From: Myxococcota bacterium
Lineage (GTDB): Bacteria > Myxococcota > UBA4151
Length of the DNA stretch: 43,885 nt
Direction of reading: 5' to 3'
Assembly: GCA_040260805.1 (NCBI GenBank)
Contig: JBDQPD010000015.1
Coordinates: forward strand, 1 to 43,885
Positions within the stretch are counted from its first letter, which is position 1. Each line of letters begins with the position of its first letter. The notes beneath the pieces were generated by a model. It was given only the letters and a program-made list of their open reading frames with translations, ran no database searches and had not been told where the DNA came from. Made by a program: the position numbers and the translations under genes. Positions 1 to 9,740 of this stretch are shown piece after piece.

Positions 1-372
1 AACTCATGGCTCCAAGCCATCGGTTTGCTCGGGGCTGTGGCTGTCGCCACCGGAGCGTTTGGAGCCCACAGCTTACGAGACCAGGTCAGCCCAGAGCGGC
101 TCGCTACCTGGCACACGGGGTCACGCTACTTGATGTGGCATGTCCTGGGCATGCTTGCGATCGTCCTAAGCCAGAAGGACTTAAACCCGTGGCGCTGGGT
201 GCTTAGGTCCTGGTTGACGGGCTCATTGATCTTTAGCGGCAGCCTCTTCGCCTTGGTGATCCTAAACAAAGGCTGGCTCGGAGCGATCACGCCAGCTGGC
301 GGGATCTTATTGATCTGCGGCTGGGTGATCATCTTTCGCACCGCCTTGCTCAATAAGTTCGACGACCAATAA
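1..372 (+). CDS. DUF423 (YgdD/TMEM256) family membrane protein, 5'-truncated by the window edge
   Basis: Frame is open from base 1. It carries the GAFGAH motif, a 'TGSRYLMWH' segment and 'FSGSLF...LGAITPAGG', all typical of DUF423. Confidence 0.85.
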   Translation, partial: NSWLQAIGLLGAVAVATGAFGAHSLRDQVSPERLATWHTGSRYLMWHVLGMLAIVLSQKDLNPWRWVLRSWLTGSLIFSGSLFALVILNKGWLGAITPAGGILLICGWVIIFRTALLNKFDDQ

Positions 373-373
373 T

Positions 374-1282
374 CTAGCCGCTGCGCGGGTGAGCAGAGTC
401 GACGATGCTCTTGAGCCGCGCACGGTGCACGTGAGTGTAGATCTCTGTGGTGCTCAAATCAGAATGCCCGAGCATCGCTTGGACCGCGCGAAGGTCAGCG
501 CCGTGATCAAGTAAATGGGTTGCGAAGCTGTGCCGCAGCTTGTGGGGCGATATCGGGCGATTAATCCCGACTGCGCGGGCATAATCACTGATCAGCTGCC
601 AGACCCGCTGGCGCGTCAGATGACCCTTCGCTCTGCCCGGAAACAGGTATGGATTGTCGATCTGAGCCGAAAGCTCAGCCCGAGCATGGTCCATGTACGC
701 CCGCACGGCATCGCACGCGCTCCGTCCCACGGGGATCAGGCGTTCCTTATCCCCTTTTCCGCGCGCTAAAATCAGTCCTCGGTTTAAATCGATGTCCGAC
801 GGCTGCGTCCCGACCAACTCGCTGACCCGTAAACCGGTGGCATAGAGCAGCTCAAGCATAGCGACATCGCGTAGGCCACGCGCCGTGGTGGCGTCCGGTG
901 CACCGAGCAAATCCCCTACCTCTTCCTCGCTCAAAAGACTCGGTAAGCTCTTAGCAATCTTTGGGTTCGTCAGTCGCTCGGTCGGGTCATTATCGAGCAC
1001 CTCCTCCTCGAGCAAATAACGAAAGAAGCCCCGCCATCCCGACAGCATTCGTGCCCGAGAGCGAGGCGAATCACCGGCTTGAGCACGCTGAGCCAAAAGA
1101 TCATTGAGAAAAGACTCACCGACCGCCTCGGGGTGCTTGAGACGCGCATGCACTGCGGCGGTCATGAGTTTGGACAGGTCACGTGCATAAGCCGAGACGC
1201 TGTGCTCGCTCAGATTGCGTTCAAGCCGAAGATAATCGAGATAATCGTCGACCCAAACCTCAAGCTCCGTCGCCGAACTCAC
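374..1282 (-). CDS. xerD: Site-specific tyrosine recombinase XerD
   Basis: N-terminal 'YLRLERNLSEHSVSAYARDL', LELLYATGLRVSELV, GKGDKERLIP, SPHKLRHSFATHLL, LGHSDLSTTEIYTHV; 302 aa. Confidence 0.93.
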   Translation of the reverse strand: MSSATELEVWVDDYLDYLRLERNLSEHSVSAYARDLSKLMTAAVHARLKHPEAVGESFLNDLLAQRAQAGDSPRSRARMLSGWRGFFRYLLEEEVLDNDPTERLTNPKIAKSLPSLLSEEEVGDLLGAPDATTARGLRDVAMLELLYATGLRVSELVGTQPSDIDLNRGLILARGKGDKERLIPVGRSACDAVRAYMDHARAELSAQIDNPYLFPGRAKGHLTRQRVWQLISDYARAVGINRPISPHKLRHSFATHLLDHGADLRAVQAMLGHSDLSTTEIYTHVHRARLKSIVDSAHPRSG

Positions 1283-2547
1283 TGACGCTCCTGCGCCATC
1301 TTTTTTGCAAAGGCGTCGATGCCATCGGCGAGAAACTTAGCCGTCGCAAGGCGACGCTTTTCCTTCTTCATGCGCTTAACGTCATCCTTGTCCGTCACGA
1401 ACCCAGCCTCGATCAGCACCGCCGGCATGCGAGCTCCAAGCAACACAGCAAAGAGCGCCGAGCGCACCTCTTGTTTGCGGTTCGTTCGAAATCCATTCAC
1501 CGCGTCGGTCAACTCACTTGCGAGCAATCGAGAATCGACGGCGTTTCCCTTCATCGCTAGATCGGCGAGGATGAACCGCAGCGCATCGACTTCCTCGACG
1601 CTTTGCCTGTTTTCTCGAGCCGCTAAGCGCCGCGCATAGCGATCGGCGCCGACATCCAGATAATACACTTCAAAGCCATAAGCTCTGCGCTTCGCTGCGT
1701 TGAGATGAATACTAATAAATAAATCTGCTCGGTGTCGGTTCGCATATTCAGTCCGCTGACGCAGCGTGCGACCTTGCGACCGTCCCCGGGTCATTAAGAC
1801 CTGATAACCTCGGGTCCGCAGCACCTCTGCAACGGATACAGTCAGATCATAAGCTAGATCCGCTTCATGCACGCCGCCAAGACCGACCGCACCGGGATCA
1901 TCGCCGCCATGTCCCGGATCCAGAACAATCCTTTTCACGCGCCGTAGCGAGGCGGTCATCTTCCCGCCTGACGCCGTGACGGGGCCAAGCTCGACCGGCG
2001 CCGGCGTCACGTTAGTGACCTTAGGCTTCTTGGAAGCGGGCGCGCTCGCTGCTGTCTTGGGCTGAGCGCTCGGGCACTTCTTGACCCTGTAATTCCAACG
2101 CTTGAGGAGCTTCTTTGAGCGCTTGCGCATATCGGCTTTAGGGAACTCGCAGAGCACTTGATTAAGCGTTTTCGCCGCTCGTTTTTTTGCACCACGCATC
2201 CATCGAAGACGCGCAATTAGCACCAGCGCATCGTCAGCGAGACGATGTGAAGCACCCAACTTCGCTACAGGCTTTAGTGCCTCTACGGCTTGGGCTGCGA
2301 GATTTTTGTTGCGCGTACGAAGGGCTTCAGCGCCCTGCACGCTTCCCCACACGAACTGCGCCTTCTGCGCCTGAGCGCCCTTGCCCGAAGCGGTATTTTT
2401 CAGACGCTTGAGGTGCGACTTGAGCGCTGCACAGGACGACTTACCTTTGCACCTCGCTTGAGCGGCAAAAGCCGGATCACGAGCCTGCGACGTCGATGAA
2501 GCGAGCACCAAACTTACACATAGAGTGACTTCAACCAGACGTCCCAT
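1279..2547 (-). CDS. N-acetylmuramoyl-L-alanine amidase (Amidase_3) with signal peptide and helical TPR-like N-terminus
   Basis: IVLDPGHGG, EADLA, ADLFISIHLNA, 'LAAREN' autoinhibitory helix, MPAVLIEAGF. All Zn ligands and the catalytic Glu are present. Confidence 0.9.
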   Translation of the reverse strand: MGRLVEVTLCVSLVLASSTSQARDPAFAAQARCKGKSSCAALKSHLKRLKNTASGKGAQAQKAQFVWGSVQGAEALRTRNKNLAAQAVEALKPVAKLGASHRLADDALVLIARLRWMRGAKKRAAKTLNQVLCEFPKADMRKRSKKLLKRWNYRVKKCPSAQPKTAASAPASKKPKVTNVTPAPVELGPVTASGGKMTASLRRVKRIVLDPGHGGDDPGAVGLGGVHEADLAYDLTVSVAEVLRTRGYQVLMTRGRSQGRTLRQRTEYANRHRADLFISIHLNAAKRRAYGFEVYYLDVGADRYARRLAARENRQSVEEVDALRFILADLAMKGNAVDSRLLASELTDAVNGFRTNRKQEVRSALFAVLLGARMPAVLIEAGFVTDKDDVKRMKKEKRRLATAKFLADGIDAFAKKMAQERQ

Positions 2548-2562
2548 AGGCTCACTAGACGC

Positions 2563-3390
2563 CTACTTCTCTTCGTGAACGATACCAGAGTCTGCGTCAC
2601 GCCCTTGGTTCCACTTAAGCCACTCACCATCGTTACCAGCGAGCGCAGACTTCATGTCGATCGATTTGACGGCACTTTTCTTACCATCGGCGCCGATGAA
2701 GATGGTTTGGTTTTTGCTCACCATTTGCTCCCACTGACTCTTCGAGATCTCTCGAAGCCCCAGCGAAACCTCTTTGCGCGCACCAAAAGCGATCGGCGCT
2801 TTGTTCGTGCGGCGATGGGCAGCCTTCTTCTTAGTCTTTTGACGAGCCTTGAGCGCTTGGACCCAAGGGCTGTTATCGACCGCGACCGCTCCGTTAAAGA
2901 CCGACACTTGCGTACCGCCGTTCCGGGTTCGGTTCAGACTGAAAATCGTACCACGTACACCCGCCACCGCGTTGTCGCTGCGAAGGTCAAAGGCGCTCTT
3001 ACCGCCAACGAATTTGTTGACGTTCGCCCATGCGCGTCCAGCCTTGACCACACCCGAAACCTTCTTCGAGCCGCCGCGATCAGAGAAGAACGCTTCGTGG
3101 AGTTCGAGGGTGGTTTTGGCACCGAGCCGCACGATGCTTCGGTCGGTGAACTTGAGCTCGACACGGCTACCATCGCCCGTCTTGATCACGTCGCCCCGGT
3201 AGAACTTCCGGTTACGTTTCAGTTTTTTCCAAGGGCCCTTTTCAGACGACGCACGCAGTACATCACCTCGATAAAAGGTCACTTTGCCTGCAACCGATGA
3301 CTTGGCTGCATCCGCTTCGTCCCATGACATGCCCTGACCGACCGCTAAGCCGGTGATGGCAACTATGGCAATGGCAAGTCCTACCCGCAT
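2563..3390 (-). CDS. Secreted FecR-domain protein
   Basis: Signal peptide; 'GDVIKTGDGSRVELKFTDRSIVRLGAKTTLEL', 'AVAGVRGTIF', 'VSVFNGAVAV' match the FecR beta-domain pattern. Confidence 0.8.
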   Translation of the reverse strand: MRVGLAIAIVAITGLAVGQGMSWDEADAAKSSVAGKVTFYRGDVLRASSEKGPWKKLKRNRKFYRGDVIKTGDGSRVELKFTDRSIVRLGAKTTLELHEAFFSDRGGSKKVSGVVKAGRAWANVNKFVGGKSAFDLRSDNAVAGVRGTIFSLNRTRNGGTQVSVFNGAVAVDNSPWVQALKARQKTKKKAAHRRTNKAPIAFGARKEVSLGLREISKSQWEQMVSKNQTIFIGADGKKSAVKSIDMKSALAGNDGEWLKWNQGRDADSGIVHEEK

Positions 3391-3411
3391 CGCTTCCCCC
3401 TTTAGACCAGT

Positions 3412-4581
3412 TTACCGGCCGAGGCTCGCGTTGATGGTCTCGCCATCGACGCCGGTGATCTCAATCTTCTTGCGCTTACCCACTTTGAGTCCATCAAGGC
3501 TGTTGGCGAAGTTCTCCACCCCAGCTTTGACGTTCACATCAAAGACCGCCACGCCACGCTTGAGCGAACGGCGATTGACCGAAGCCACACCTCGCATCTC
3601 AGACATCGCTGACTTGAGCTGTTTGGCGCTACGGAACTTCAAACCTTTGACGGTCAGCACGATGCGCGTGGCGCCGCTGGTATCCTTTTGCCATTTTTTG
3701 ACGATTTGCTTGATCAGGTCGGCTGCAGTCGCCTCGCCCACCTTCTTCAAGAGAATCGGCCCCACCGCGTCATGATAAGCTGCTGGAGCCTTCTTGGGGT
3801 GGTTGACGCTACTCATGGCGATGATTTCACCGGTCTGAACGTTGACCGCGCGCACATTCGCCGAAGCACGAGCCACCTTGCTCTTGAGCACCGACAGGTT
3901 GCTCACCTGCACCGCAGCGCGGCCGTAGATAACGACCTCAGCCCCCGAAAGCGAGCCGATCTTCTTCGCCACGCCGTCCGGTACATCGCCTTTACGGTAG
4001 ATCTGGCTGATCGAGAGCTTACCACTCAGCACGTCGGGATCGACGATCAAGAAGCCAGCGTTCCGAAGGCTTGCGATCAAGCCGCTCTCCGCCGATTGCA
4101 TGTTCAGCGTACCGGACTGACCGGTGGTCATGGCGGTGCTGCCCAGAACGACTTCCGGAACCACCACAAAGACCCGTGGCATGCCCTTACGCTTGAGCAA
4201 GGCGCTGATGGCATCCACATCGCCGCTCAAGTTGCCGGTAGCAACCAGCGCTTTGATCACCACCTTGTAGATACCGTTATCAGGACCCGAGGAGGTGATC
4301 GTGTAGTTCTTAATGTATCCAGCCGACTTGGCGAGGATGCGATCAGAGATGATCTGATAGTTTTCCATCACCGTTTCTGCTGAGATCATGGTCCCCACTG
4401 CGGACTCGACAGCTTTACGCTGCGCGTCCTCAAGGGCACGGTCACGAGCGGCAGGCTCGTCACCATTCTTGATCATCGCTTGGCCCTCGGCCTCGACGTT
4501 GGCGGTTGCTGCGGCGAACGCTGGGGTTGCCAGCAAGAGCCCCATGCTCAGACCTAGAAGTTGCGTCATCTTGAAGCGCAT
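3412..4581 (-). CDS. Secreted FlgT N-terminal-domain-like protein
   Basis: Signal peptide (…PAFA). 'VEAEGQA…ARDRALEDAQRKAVESAVGTMISAET…ILAKSAGYIKNY' resembles FlgT_N, followed by a CsgG/TolB-N-like middle domain ('GAEVVIYG…ANVRAVNVQTGEIIA'). Confidence 0.7.
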   Translation of the reverse strand: MRFKMTQLLGLSMGLLLATPAFAAATANVEAEGQAMIKNGDEPAARDRALEDAQRKAVESAVGTMISAETVMENYQIISDRILAKSAGYIKNYTITSSGPDNGIYKVVIKALVATGNLSGDVDAISALLKRKGMPRVFVVVPEVVLGSTAMTTGQSGTLNMQSAESGLIASLRNAGFLIVDPDVLSGKLSISQIYRKGDVPDGVAKKIGSLSGAEVVIYGRAAVQVSNLSVLKSKVARASANVRAVNVQTGEIIAMSSVNHPKKAPAAYHDAVGPILLKKVGEATAADLIKQIVKKWQKDTSGATRIVLTVKGLKFRSAKQLKSAMSEMRGVASVNRRSLKRGVAVFDVNVKAGVENFANSLDGLKVGKRKKIEITGVDGETINASLGR

Positions 4582-4591
4582 CGTCTTCTCC

Positions 4592-5440
4592 TTAGTCGAT
4601 CACGACGATGACCCGCGCATCGCGCAGGAACGTGTAGTTGATATCCGATTTACCAAAGTGTGCTGCATCCTTGGATGACAGCACCAATCCCGAGTTCTTG
4701 TCGCCGGCGCGAACAGCCTTGACGACCAGCGGTGCGCCTTTGACGCCCTCGGCGCCCTGCGCATCCTTCATCGATTTGACGAACGAAGCGTTGGTGCCGG
4801 TCTCTTGCATGACCTTGGCATCCACGTGACCGACGCTGTAGAGGACCGAACCCTTCTCGTCTTTGAGATCAACGAAAGCGCTCGGACGCAGCTTGGTGCC
4901 CCGGGCATCGACGATCAAGCCGGTGTAGGGAGCCTTGCCCGATTGGTTCACAGCGACCGTACCCGGCTTGGGCGCGATGTGCGAGGTGACCGCCTTGAGC
5001 GGCACCTCGACCTCGACCTGAACCGAGGCGTCGCTAAAGTAACGAGTGTTGACCACCCGCCAGTTGCGAATGGCGCCTTGCACCTTGCTACGAACCATCG
5101 GGTTCTGAAACGCCAACTCGTCGGCGGTGCTTTCACCCTGGACGCGGACGCCTTTGGCGACCTCGAGGATGTTTCTGAAAGCATCCATCTGCGCAGCTCG
5201 CTCAGCCATCAAGCGCGCTCGAGCGATCGCTCCAGCTCCCTTGCCAACCTCACTCGGAGGGGCGCCGTTGCCAAAGACACGGATCACACATCGACCGTAA
5301 TCGATCTCACCGTTGCCGACTTTCTCGACAGTCTTTGAGTTAGTTTTTGCGGCGCAAGCTGACTCTGCCCGAGCTGTTGACCAGCCGGGAGCGAGAACCA
5401 GTGCTCCGAGAACAAAAGATAAGGACAGTGGTCGCATCAC
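4592..5440 (-). CDS. Secreted LPP20/FlgP-like protein
   Basis: Signal peptide; 'ARLMAERAAQMDAFRNILEVAKGVRVQG…KVQGAIR' resembles the LPP20/FlgP core; C-terminal 'YTGLIVDARG' domain. An RBS (AGGAG) precedes the start. Confidence 0.7.
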   Translation of the reverse strand: MMRPLSLSFVLGALVLAPGWSTARAESACAAKTNSKTVEKVGNGEIDYGRCVIRVFGNGAPPSEVGKGAGAIARARLMAERAAQMDAFRNILEVAKGVRVQGESTADELAFQNPMVRSKVQGAIRNWRVVNTRYFSDASVQVEVEVPLKAVTSHIAPKPGTVAVNQSGKAPYTGLIVDARGTKLRPSAFVDLKDEKGSVLYSVGHVDAKVMQETGTNASFVKSMKDAQGAEGVKGAPLVVKAVRAGDKNSGLVLSSKDAAHFGKSDINYTFLRDARVIVVID

Positions 5441-5469
5441 AAAACTCCTAGATCGCCCGCGCTCACATG

Positions 5470-5500
5470 GACGCGGCTGACTTGGTTCTTATTCAAAAGA
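5470..5500 (-). promoter_or_regulatory. Putative ECF-sigma-type promoter TCTTTTGAAT-N17-CGTC
   Basis: Minus strand reads TCTTTTGAATAAGAACCAAGTCAGCCGCGTC. The same two boxes with identical spacing recur at 9689-9719. Confidence 0.45.
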
Positions 5501-5558
5501 TTCGCGCATTTTTTCGCAAGGGGCGAAATAGCCCTAAAGTTTGGGGCGTTTTCAACAG

Positions 5559-7121
5559 CTACTCCCATTCGATCGTACCCGGCGGTTTGCTGGTCACATC
5601 AAAGAGCACTCGGTTCACACCGCGAACCTCGTTAATAATCCGATTCGCTGTCCGGCCCAAGAGGTCGTAAGGCAGCGGAACCCAATCTGCGGTCATGCCG
5701 TCGGTGCTGGTCACCGCTCGCAGAGAAACCACCTCTTCAAAGGTTCGCTCATCACCCATCACCCCTACCGACCGAACCGGCAATAAGACCACCAACGCTT
5801 GCCAGCATTTGCTGTACCAACCGCTGCGGTGCAGCTCGTCCATGAAGATATGATCCGCTGCACGCAACGTGGCTAAACGCTCCGGCGAGCATTCGCCAGG
5901 GCATCGCACCGCCAAACCAGGACCTGGGAAGGGATGCCGCATGATCACTTCGTCGGGTAAGCCGAGCTCTCGCCCGAGCGCACGGACCTCGTCTTTAAAG
6001 AGTTCGCGCAGGGGCTCGACTAAACCTAAGCCCATCCGTTCGGGTAAGCCGCCGACGTTGTGATGGCTCTTGATGGTCACGCTCGGACCGCCGGTCGGCG
6101 ACACCGACTCGATCACGTCGGGATACAAGGTGCCTTGAGCCAACCACTTGGCGTCGCTGCGTTTCGCTGCCTCTGACTCGAAGACCTCGATAAACACTCG
6201 GCCGATAATCTTTCGCTTGGTCTCGGGGTCGGTGACGCCTGCGAGTTCGCCGAGGAACCGCTCACGCGCATCGACCACGACAAGGTTTGCGTTAAAGTTA
6301 CGCCCAAAGATCTCTTCGACCGTTTCGCGCTCATTGTGACGCAGCAACCCATTGTCCACAAAGATGCACGTGAGCTGCGAGCCGATCGCTCGCTGCAACA
6401 GGGCTGCAACGACCGACGAGTCGACGCCACCGGATAGACCGCAAAGCACATGATCCTGACCCACCTGAGCTTGAATATCTCGGGCCTTTTCATCGAGAAA
6501 GTCGGCCATGTTCCAACCGCTACTCAAACCACAAATATCAAACAAAAAGCGGCTCAGCATCGCTTTACCCTGAGGCGTATGATGCACCTCAGGATGAAAC
6601 TGCACACCGTAGATCTTGCGGACCTCGTCAGCGATTGCGGCAAAGGGCGTCGAGTCGGTATCGGCTTGCGCAACGAATCCTTCGGGGATCGATTCCACGA
6701 CATCCCCGTGGCTCATCCACACGCCGAAGTGGTCGTCTAATCCTGCGACGATGCCCGCATCTTCGAGCTTGCGAACTTGAGCGGCTCCATACTCTCGATG
6801 ATCCGACTTCCGGACCTTCCCTCCGAGCAGATGACAGGTCAGCTGAAGCCCGTAGCAGATACCAAGAACAGGAACGTCTTGTTCATAGATCCAGGTGCCG
6901 ATGCTCGGCGCCCCCTCATCGGTCACCGAATTGGGCCCACCACTCAAGATGATCGCGCCCGCGCCGAAGGCCTCGATGTCAGCTCTAGAGCTTCGAAAGG
7001 GGCGAATCTCAGCGTAGATGCCAAGCTCTCGAACGCGCCGCGCAATGAGCTGCGTGTACTGAGAGCCGAAGTCGAGGATCAAGACGCGATCCCCGGCGAG
7101 TTGGTCGAGGCTGGCAGACAA
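5559..7121 (-). CDS. guaA: GMP synthase (glutamine-hydrolysing)
   Basis: [58 protein letters not shown]. Confidence 0.98.
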   Translation of the reverse strand: MSASLDQLAGDRVLILDFGSQYTQLIARRVRELGIYAEIRPFRSSRADIEAFGAGAIILSGGPNSVTDEGAPSIGTWIYEQDVPVLGICYGLQLTCHLLGGKVRKSDHREYGAAQVRKLEDAGIVAGLDDHFGVWMSHGDVVESIPEGFVAQADTDSTPFAAIADEVRKIYGVQFHPEVHHTPQGKAMLSRFLFDICGLSSGWNMADFLDEKARDIQAQVGQDHVLCGLSGGVDSSVVAALLQRAIGSQLTCIFVDNGLLRHNERETVEEIFGRNFNANLVVVDARERFLGELAGVTDPETKRKIIGRVFIEVFESEAAKRSDAKWLAQGTLYPDVIESVSPTGGPSVTIKSHHNVGGLPERMGLGLVEPLRELFKDEVRALGRELGLPDEVIMRHPFPGPGLAVRCPGECSPERLATLRAADHIFMDELHRSGWYSKCWQALVVLLPVRSVGVMGDERTFEEVVSLRAVTSTDGMTADWVPLPYDLLGRTANRIINEVRGVNRVLFDVTSKPPGTIEWE

Positions 7122-7124
7122 CGT

Positions 7125-8576
7125 CTACTCCAGGCGGTAGTTGGGGGCTTCCTTGGTGATGATCACGTCGTGCACGTGACTCTCACGCAATCCGGAGGCC
7201 GAGATGCGAACAAATTCATGACAATCATGCAGCTTGGCGATCGTTTCGGCGCCATTATAGCCCATCCCGGAGCGTAAGCCGCCGACCAGCTGGTGCAGCG
7301 TATCGGCGAGCGGACCTTTGACCGGGACCTTACCCTCGATCCCCTCGGGGACCATCTTGGCAGGCGCAAACACGTCTTGGCTGTAGCGATCTGCGCTCCC
7401 TTGCGCCATCGCACCCAAAGAACCCATTCCGCGGTACGCCTTGTAGGCGCGCCCTTGGTACAAAACCTTCTCGCCCGGGCTCTCGTCGGTACCCGCCAGC
7501 ATGCCGCCAAGCATGACGCAGTCGGCGCCGGCGGCGATGGCCTTTACCAAATCGCCGCTAAACTTGATCCCGCCATCAGCGATCAGGGGAACGCCCGCCG
7601 CACGAGTGACTTCGGCGACATCCATGATCGCCGTAATCTGAGGAACGCCGACGCCGGCGACCATGCGGGTCGTACAAATCGACCCCGGGCCGATGCCCAC
7701 TTTGACCGCATCAGCGCCTGCCGCAATCAAGTCACGAGCAGCCTGAGCCGTTGCGATATTACCGGCGATGAACTCAACATCAGGGTGCGACTCTTTGTAG
7801 CGCGAGACCGCTTGCCCGACGGAGGCGCTGTGCCCATGGGCAGTATCCACGACCAGCACATCGACGCCAGCTTCAGCGAGCAACGCGACGCGGACGTCAT
7901 CATTGACCCCTACTGCGCCGCCAACCAACAAGCTGCCACGACCATCGCGAGCAGCACCCGGGAGCGTCTCTCGCTTGAGAATATCCGTCAGTGTAATCAA
8001 CCCAACGAGGCGATTCTCGTCGTCGGTGACCAAAAGCTTTTCGATCCGATGTCGATGCAAAAGCGACCGACACTCTTCCTCGCTGACGTGCTCGCGCACG
8101 GTCACCAGTTTGGTCGTCATCAGCGAGCTGACCGGCTCGGACATATCATCAACGAAGCGAATATCGCGGCGCGTCAGCAACCCGACCAAGGCACCCTGCT
8201 CGACCACAGGAACTCCAGAAATGCCTCGGCTCTGCATCAACTCGACGACCTCACCAAGTCGCTGTTTCGGTGAACAGGTGAAGGGATCAATCACCATCCC
8301 CGATTCGTACTTCTTGACCTGGCGCACCTCGGCGGCTTGACGCTGCGGGTGCATGTTCTTGTGAATGATACCCAGCCCGCCCTGCTGCGACATGGCGATC
8401 GCCATCGACGCTTCGGTGACGGTGTCCATGGCGGCCGAGACGATCGGAACGCTCAGGCCGAGTTTTCGGGTGACGCGTGTATTGAGTTGCACATCGGCCG
8501 GATGCACCGTCGATGCCTGCGGCACCAGCAACACATCATCAAAGGTGAGTGCCAGTCGTGGGCCGGCTTGACTCAT
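7125..8576 (-). CDS. guaB: IMP dehydrogenase with CBS pair
   Basis: [38 protein letters not shown] (catalytic Cys), [17 protein letters not shown]. Confidence 0.98.
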   Translation of the reverse strand: MSQAGPRLALTFDDVLLVPQASTVHPADVQLNTRVTRKLGLSVPIVSAAMDTVTEASMAIAMSQQGGLGIIHKNMHPQRQAAEVRQVKKYESGMVIDPFTCSPKQRLGEVVELMQSRGISGVPVVEQGALVGLLTRRDIRFVDDMSEPVSSLMTTKLVTVREHVSEEECRSLLHRHRIEKLLVTDDENRLVGLITLTDILKRETLPGAARDGRGSLLVGGAVGVNDDVRVALLAEAGVDVLVVDTAHGHSASVGQAVSRYKESHPDVEFIAGNIATAQAARDLIAAGADAVKVGIGPGSICTTRMVAGVGVPQITAIMDVAEVTRAAGVPLIADGGIKFSGDLVKAIAAGADCVMLGGMLAGTDESPGEKVLYQGRAYKAYRGMGSLGAMAQGSADRYSQDVFAPAKMVPEGIEGKVPVKGPLADTLHQLVGGLRSGMGYNGAETIAKLHDCHEFVRISASGLRESHVHDVIITKEAPNYRLE

Positions 8577-8577
8577 C

Positions 8578-9630
8578 TTAGTTCCCCTTGGCTTTGCAGG
8601 TTTTGACTAACTCGGAAGCGAACGGCCCCTCGCCGAATGGCGTTTTGGTAGCCCGCCAATCGGCGATCGCTTTGGAGCAGACGGGATAAGGAGCGAGTCG
8701 ATCGGGGCCTTGTCGCCCTGTTGCCGCGGTGACCAAGCCCCAGGCTGCTCGCTGTTGGGCGTCGGTGACTGGCGATTTCGCTAAGCCGGCAGCGGCTCGC
8801 AAACGGACCAACGCGACCGCATGAGCGACGATCGTGCCGTCCCCGCGCTCGCCGCCAAAGACCAATTCAAAGCGCTCTCCAAACTGAATGGACAGCACCT
8901 CACGTCGAGTCCACAGGGGCGCTAACGTCACGGCAACGGATTCAAGCTCAGCGGTCGCATCATCTGCCGTTGCGGTCCCATCATCGGAGTCGGCTTCGTC
9001 ATCCCCACCAAACAAATCGCCCATGTCGTCATCGGACGCCTTTTTAGCTTTAGGAGCGGCAGCAGCTTTCGCTTTGAGCATCAACACTAAGGGCTGCGTT
9101 CGTTTATCAATCTTGCTCAGGAGCGTTTGCTGTCCGTCGATAAGCGGCTCTTTGTAGCGGCTCATCAGGACCCGGACACGGGCTCCTTTCCAGGTGCTGC
9201 GCAACAAGTCATCCAAGCCTTTGAGCTTCGCCAATGACTTCGGCAGCGTCTTTTGGAACTTGAACTCCGGCGCACGCGACATGTGCAGGCAAGCCTCAAT
9301 GTAGTCCTTGAGTGAGCCCGGGTGCTCCGTCACGAAACGTTTGGCTCGGTTCAAAACGGCTTTCGGCAGATAGCGCTCGCGATACGCCGAGAGCTTACCG
9401 ATTAAGTCTTTGCGAACCCCTTTATACAGCGGCGACTTAAGCGGCTCGGGGCCGTACTCTGCGGCTTCAGACCAACCCATCCCGTTCATTAACAGCATGA
9501 GGGTGAAGAGTCGCTCGTCGGCGCGGATTTCTACCGATTCATCGCTGAACAATGAGTCGACAGGCGCGCCAAGCGCAGTGGCCGAACTGAGGCTAAGCAT
9601 CACAACGGCTAGGAGGGTTTTCGTACCCAT
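8578..9630 (-). CDS. Hypothetical secreted protein
   Basis: ATG at 9630 is preceded by GGAGGT and followed by a signal peptide ([21 protein letters not shown]), so this start is preferred over 9681. Stop lies 1 nt from the guaB start. Confidence 0.7.
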   Translation of the reverse strand: MGTKTLLAVVMLSLSSATALGAPVDSLFSDESVEIRADERLFTLMLLMNGMGWSEAAEYGPEPLKSPLYKGVRKDLIGKLSAYRERYLPKAVLNRAKRFVTEHPGSLKDYIEACLHMSRAPEFKFQKTLPKSLAKLKGLDDLLRSTWKGARVRVLMSRYKEPLIDGQQTLLSKIDKRTQPLVLMLKAKAAAAPKAKKASDDDMGDLFGGDDEADSDDGTATADDATAELESVAVTLAPLWTRREVLSIQFGERFELVFGGERGDGTIVAHAVALVRLRAAAGLAKSPVTDAQQRAAWGLVTAATGRQGPDRLAPYPVCSKAIADWRATKTPFGEGPFASELVKTCKAKGN

Positions 9631-9688
9631 AGGCACCTCCGATGGCGGCGTTTGGCATAGTTGCACACGGCCGGCAATCATAACCGCC

Positions 9689-9719
9689 GACGTTGGACGC
9701 CTACCTTGGATTCAAAAGA
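9689..9719 (-). promoter_or_regulatory. Putative ECF-sigma-type promoter TCTTTTGAAT-N17-CGTC
   Basis: Minus strand reads TCTTTTGAATCCAAGGTAGGCGTCCAACGTC, matching the motif at 5470-5500. Confidence 0.45.
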
Positions 9720-9740
9720 AGCGGAACCAGAGCGCAGGTC

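Noticed and set aside
374..1282. Tyrosine recombinase as a phage or island integrase
   Set aside because: Length and motifs fit housekeeping XerD; it is operonic with an amidase, with no att sites or mobile genes nearby.
7293..8273. Long antisense ORFs (e.g. 7293-8273, 2575-3300, 31159-31995, 36044-36811)
   Set aside because: They shadow well-conserved genes on the other strand, as expected in GC-rich DNA, and have no recognisable motifs.
9652..9665. TGGCATAGTTGCA as a sigma54 promoter
   Set aside because: GG-to-GC spacing is 7 nt, not the required 10, and it faces away from the adjacent gene.
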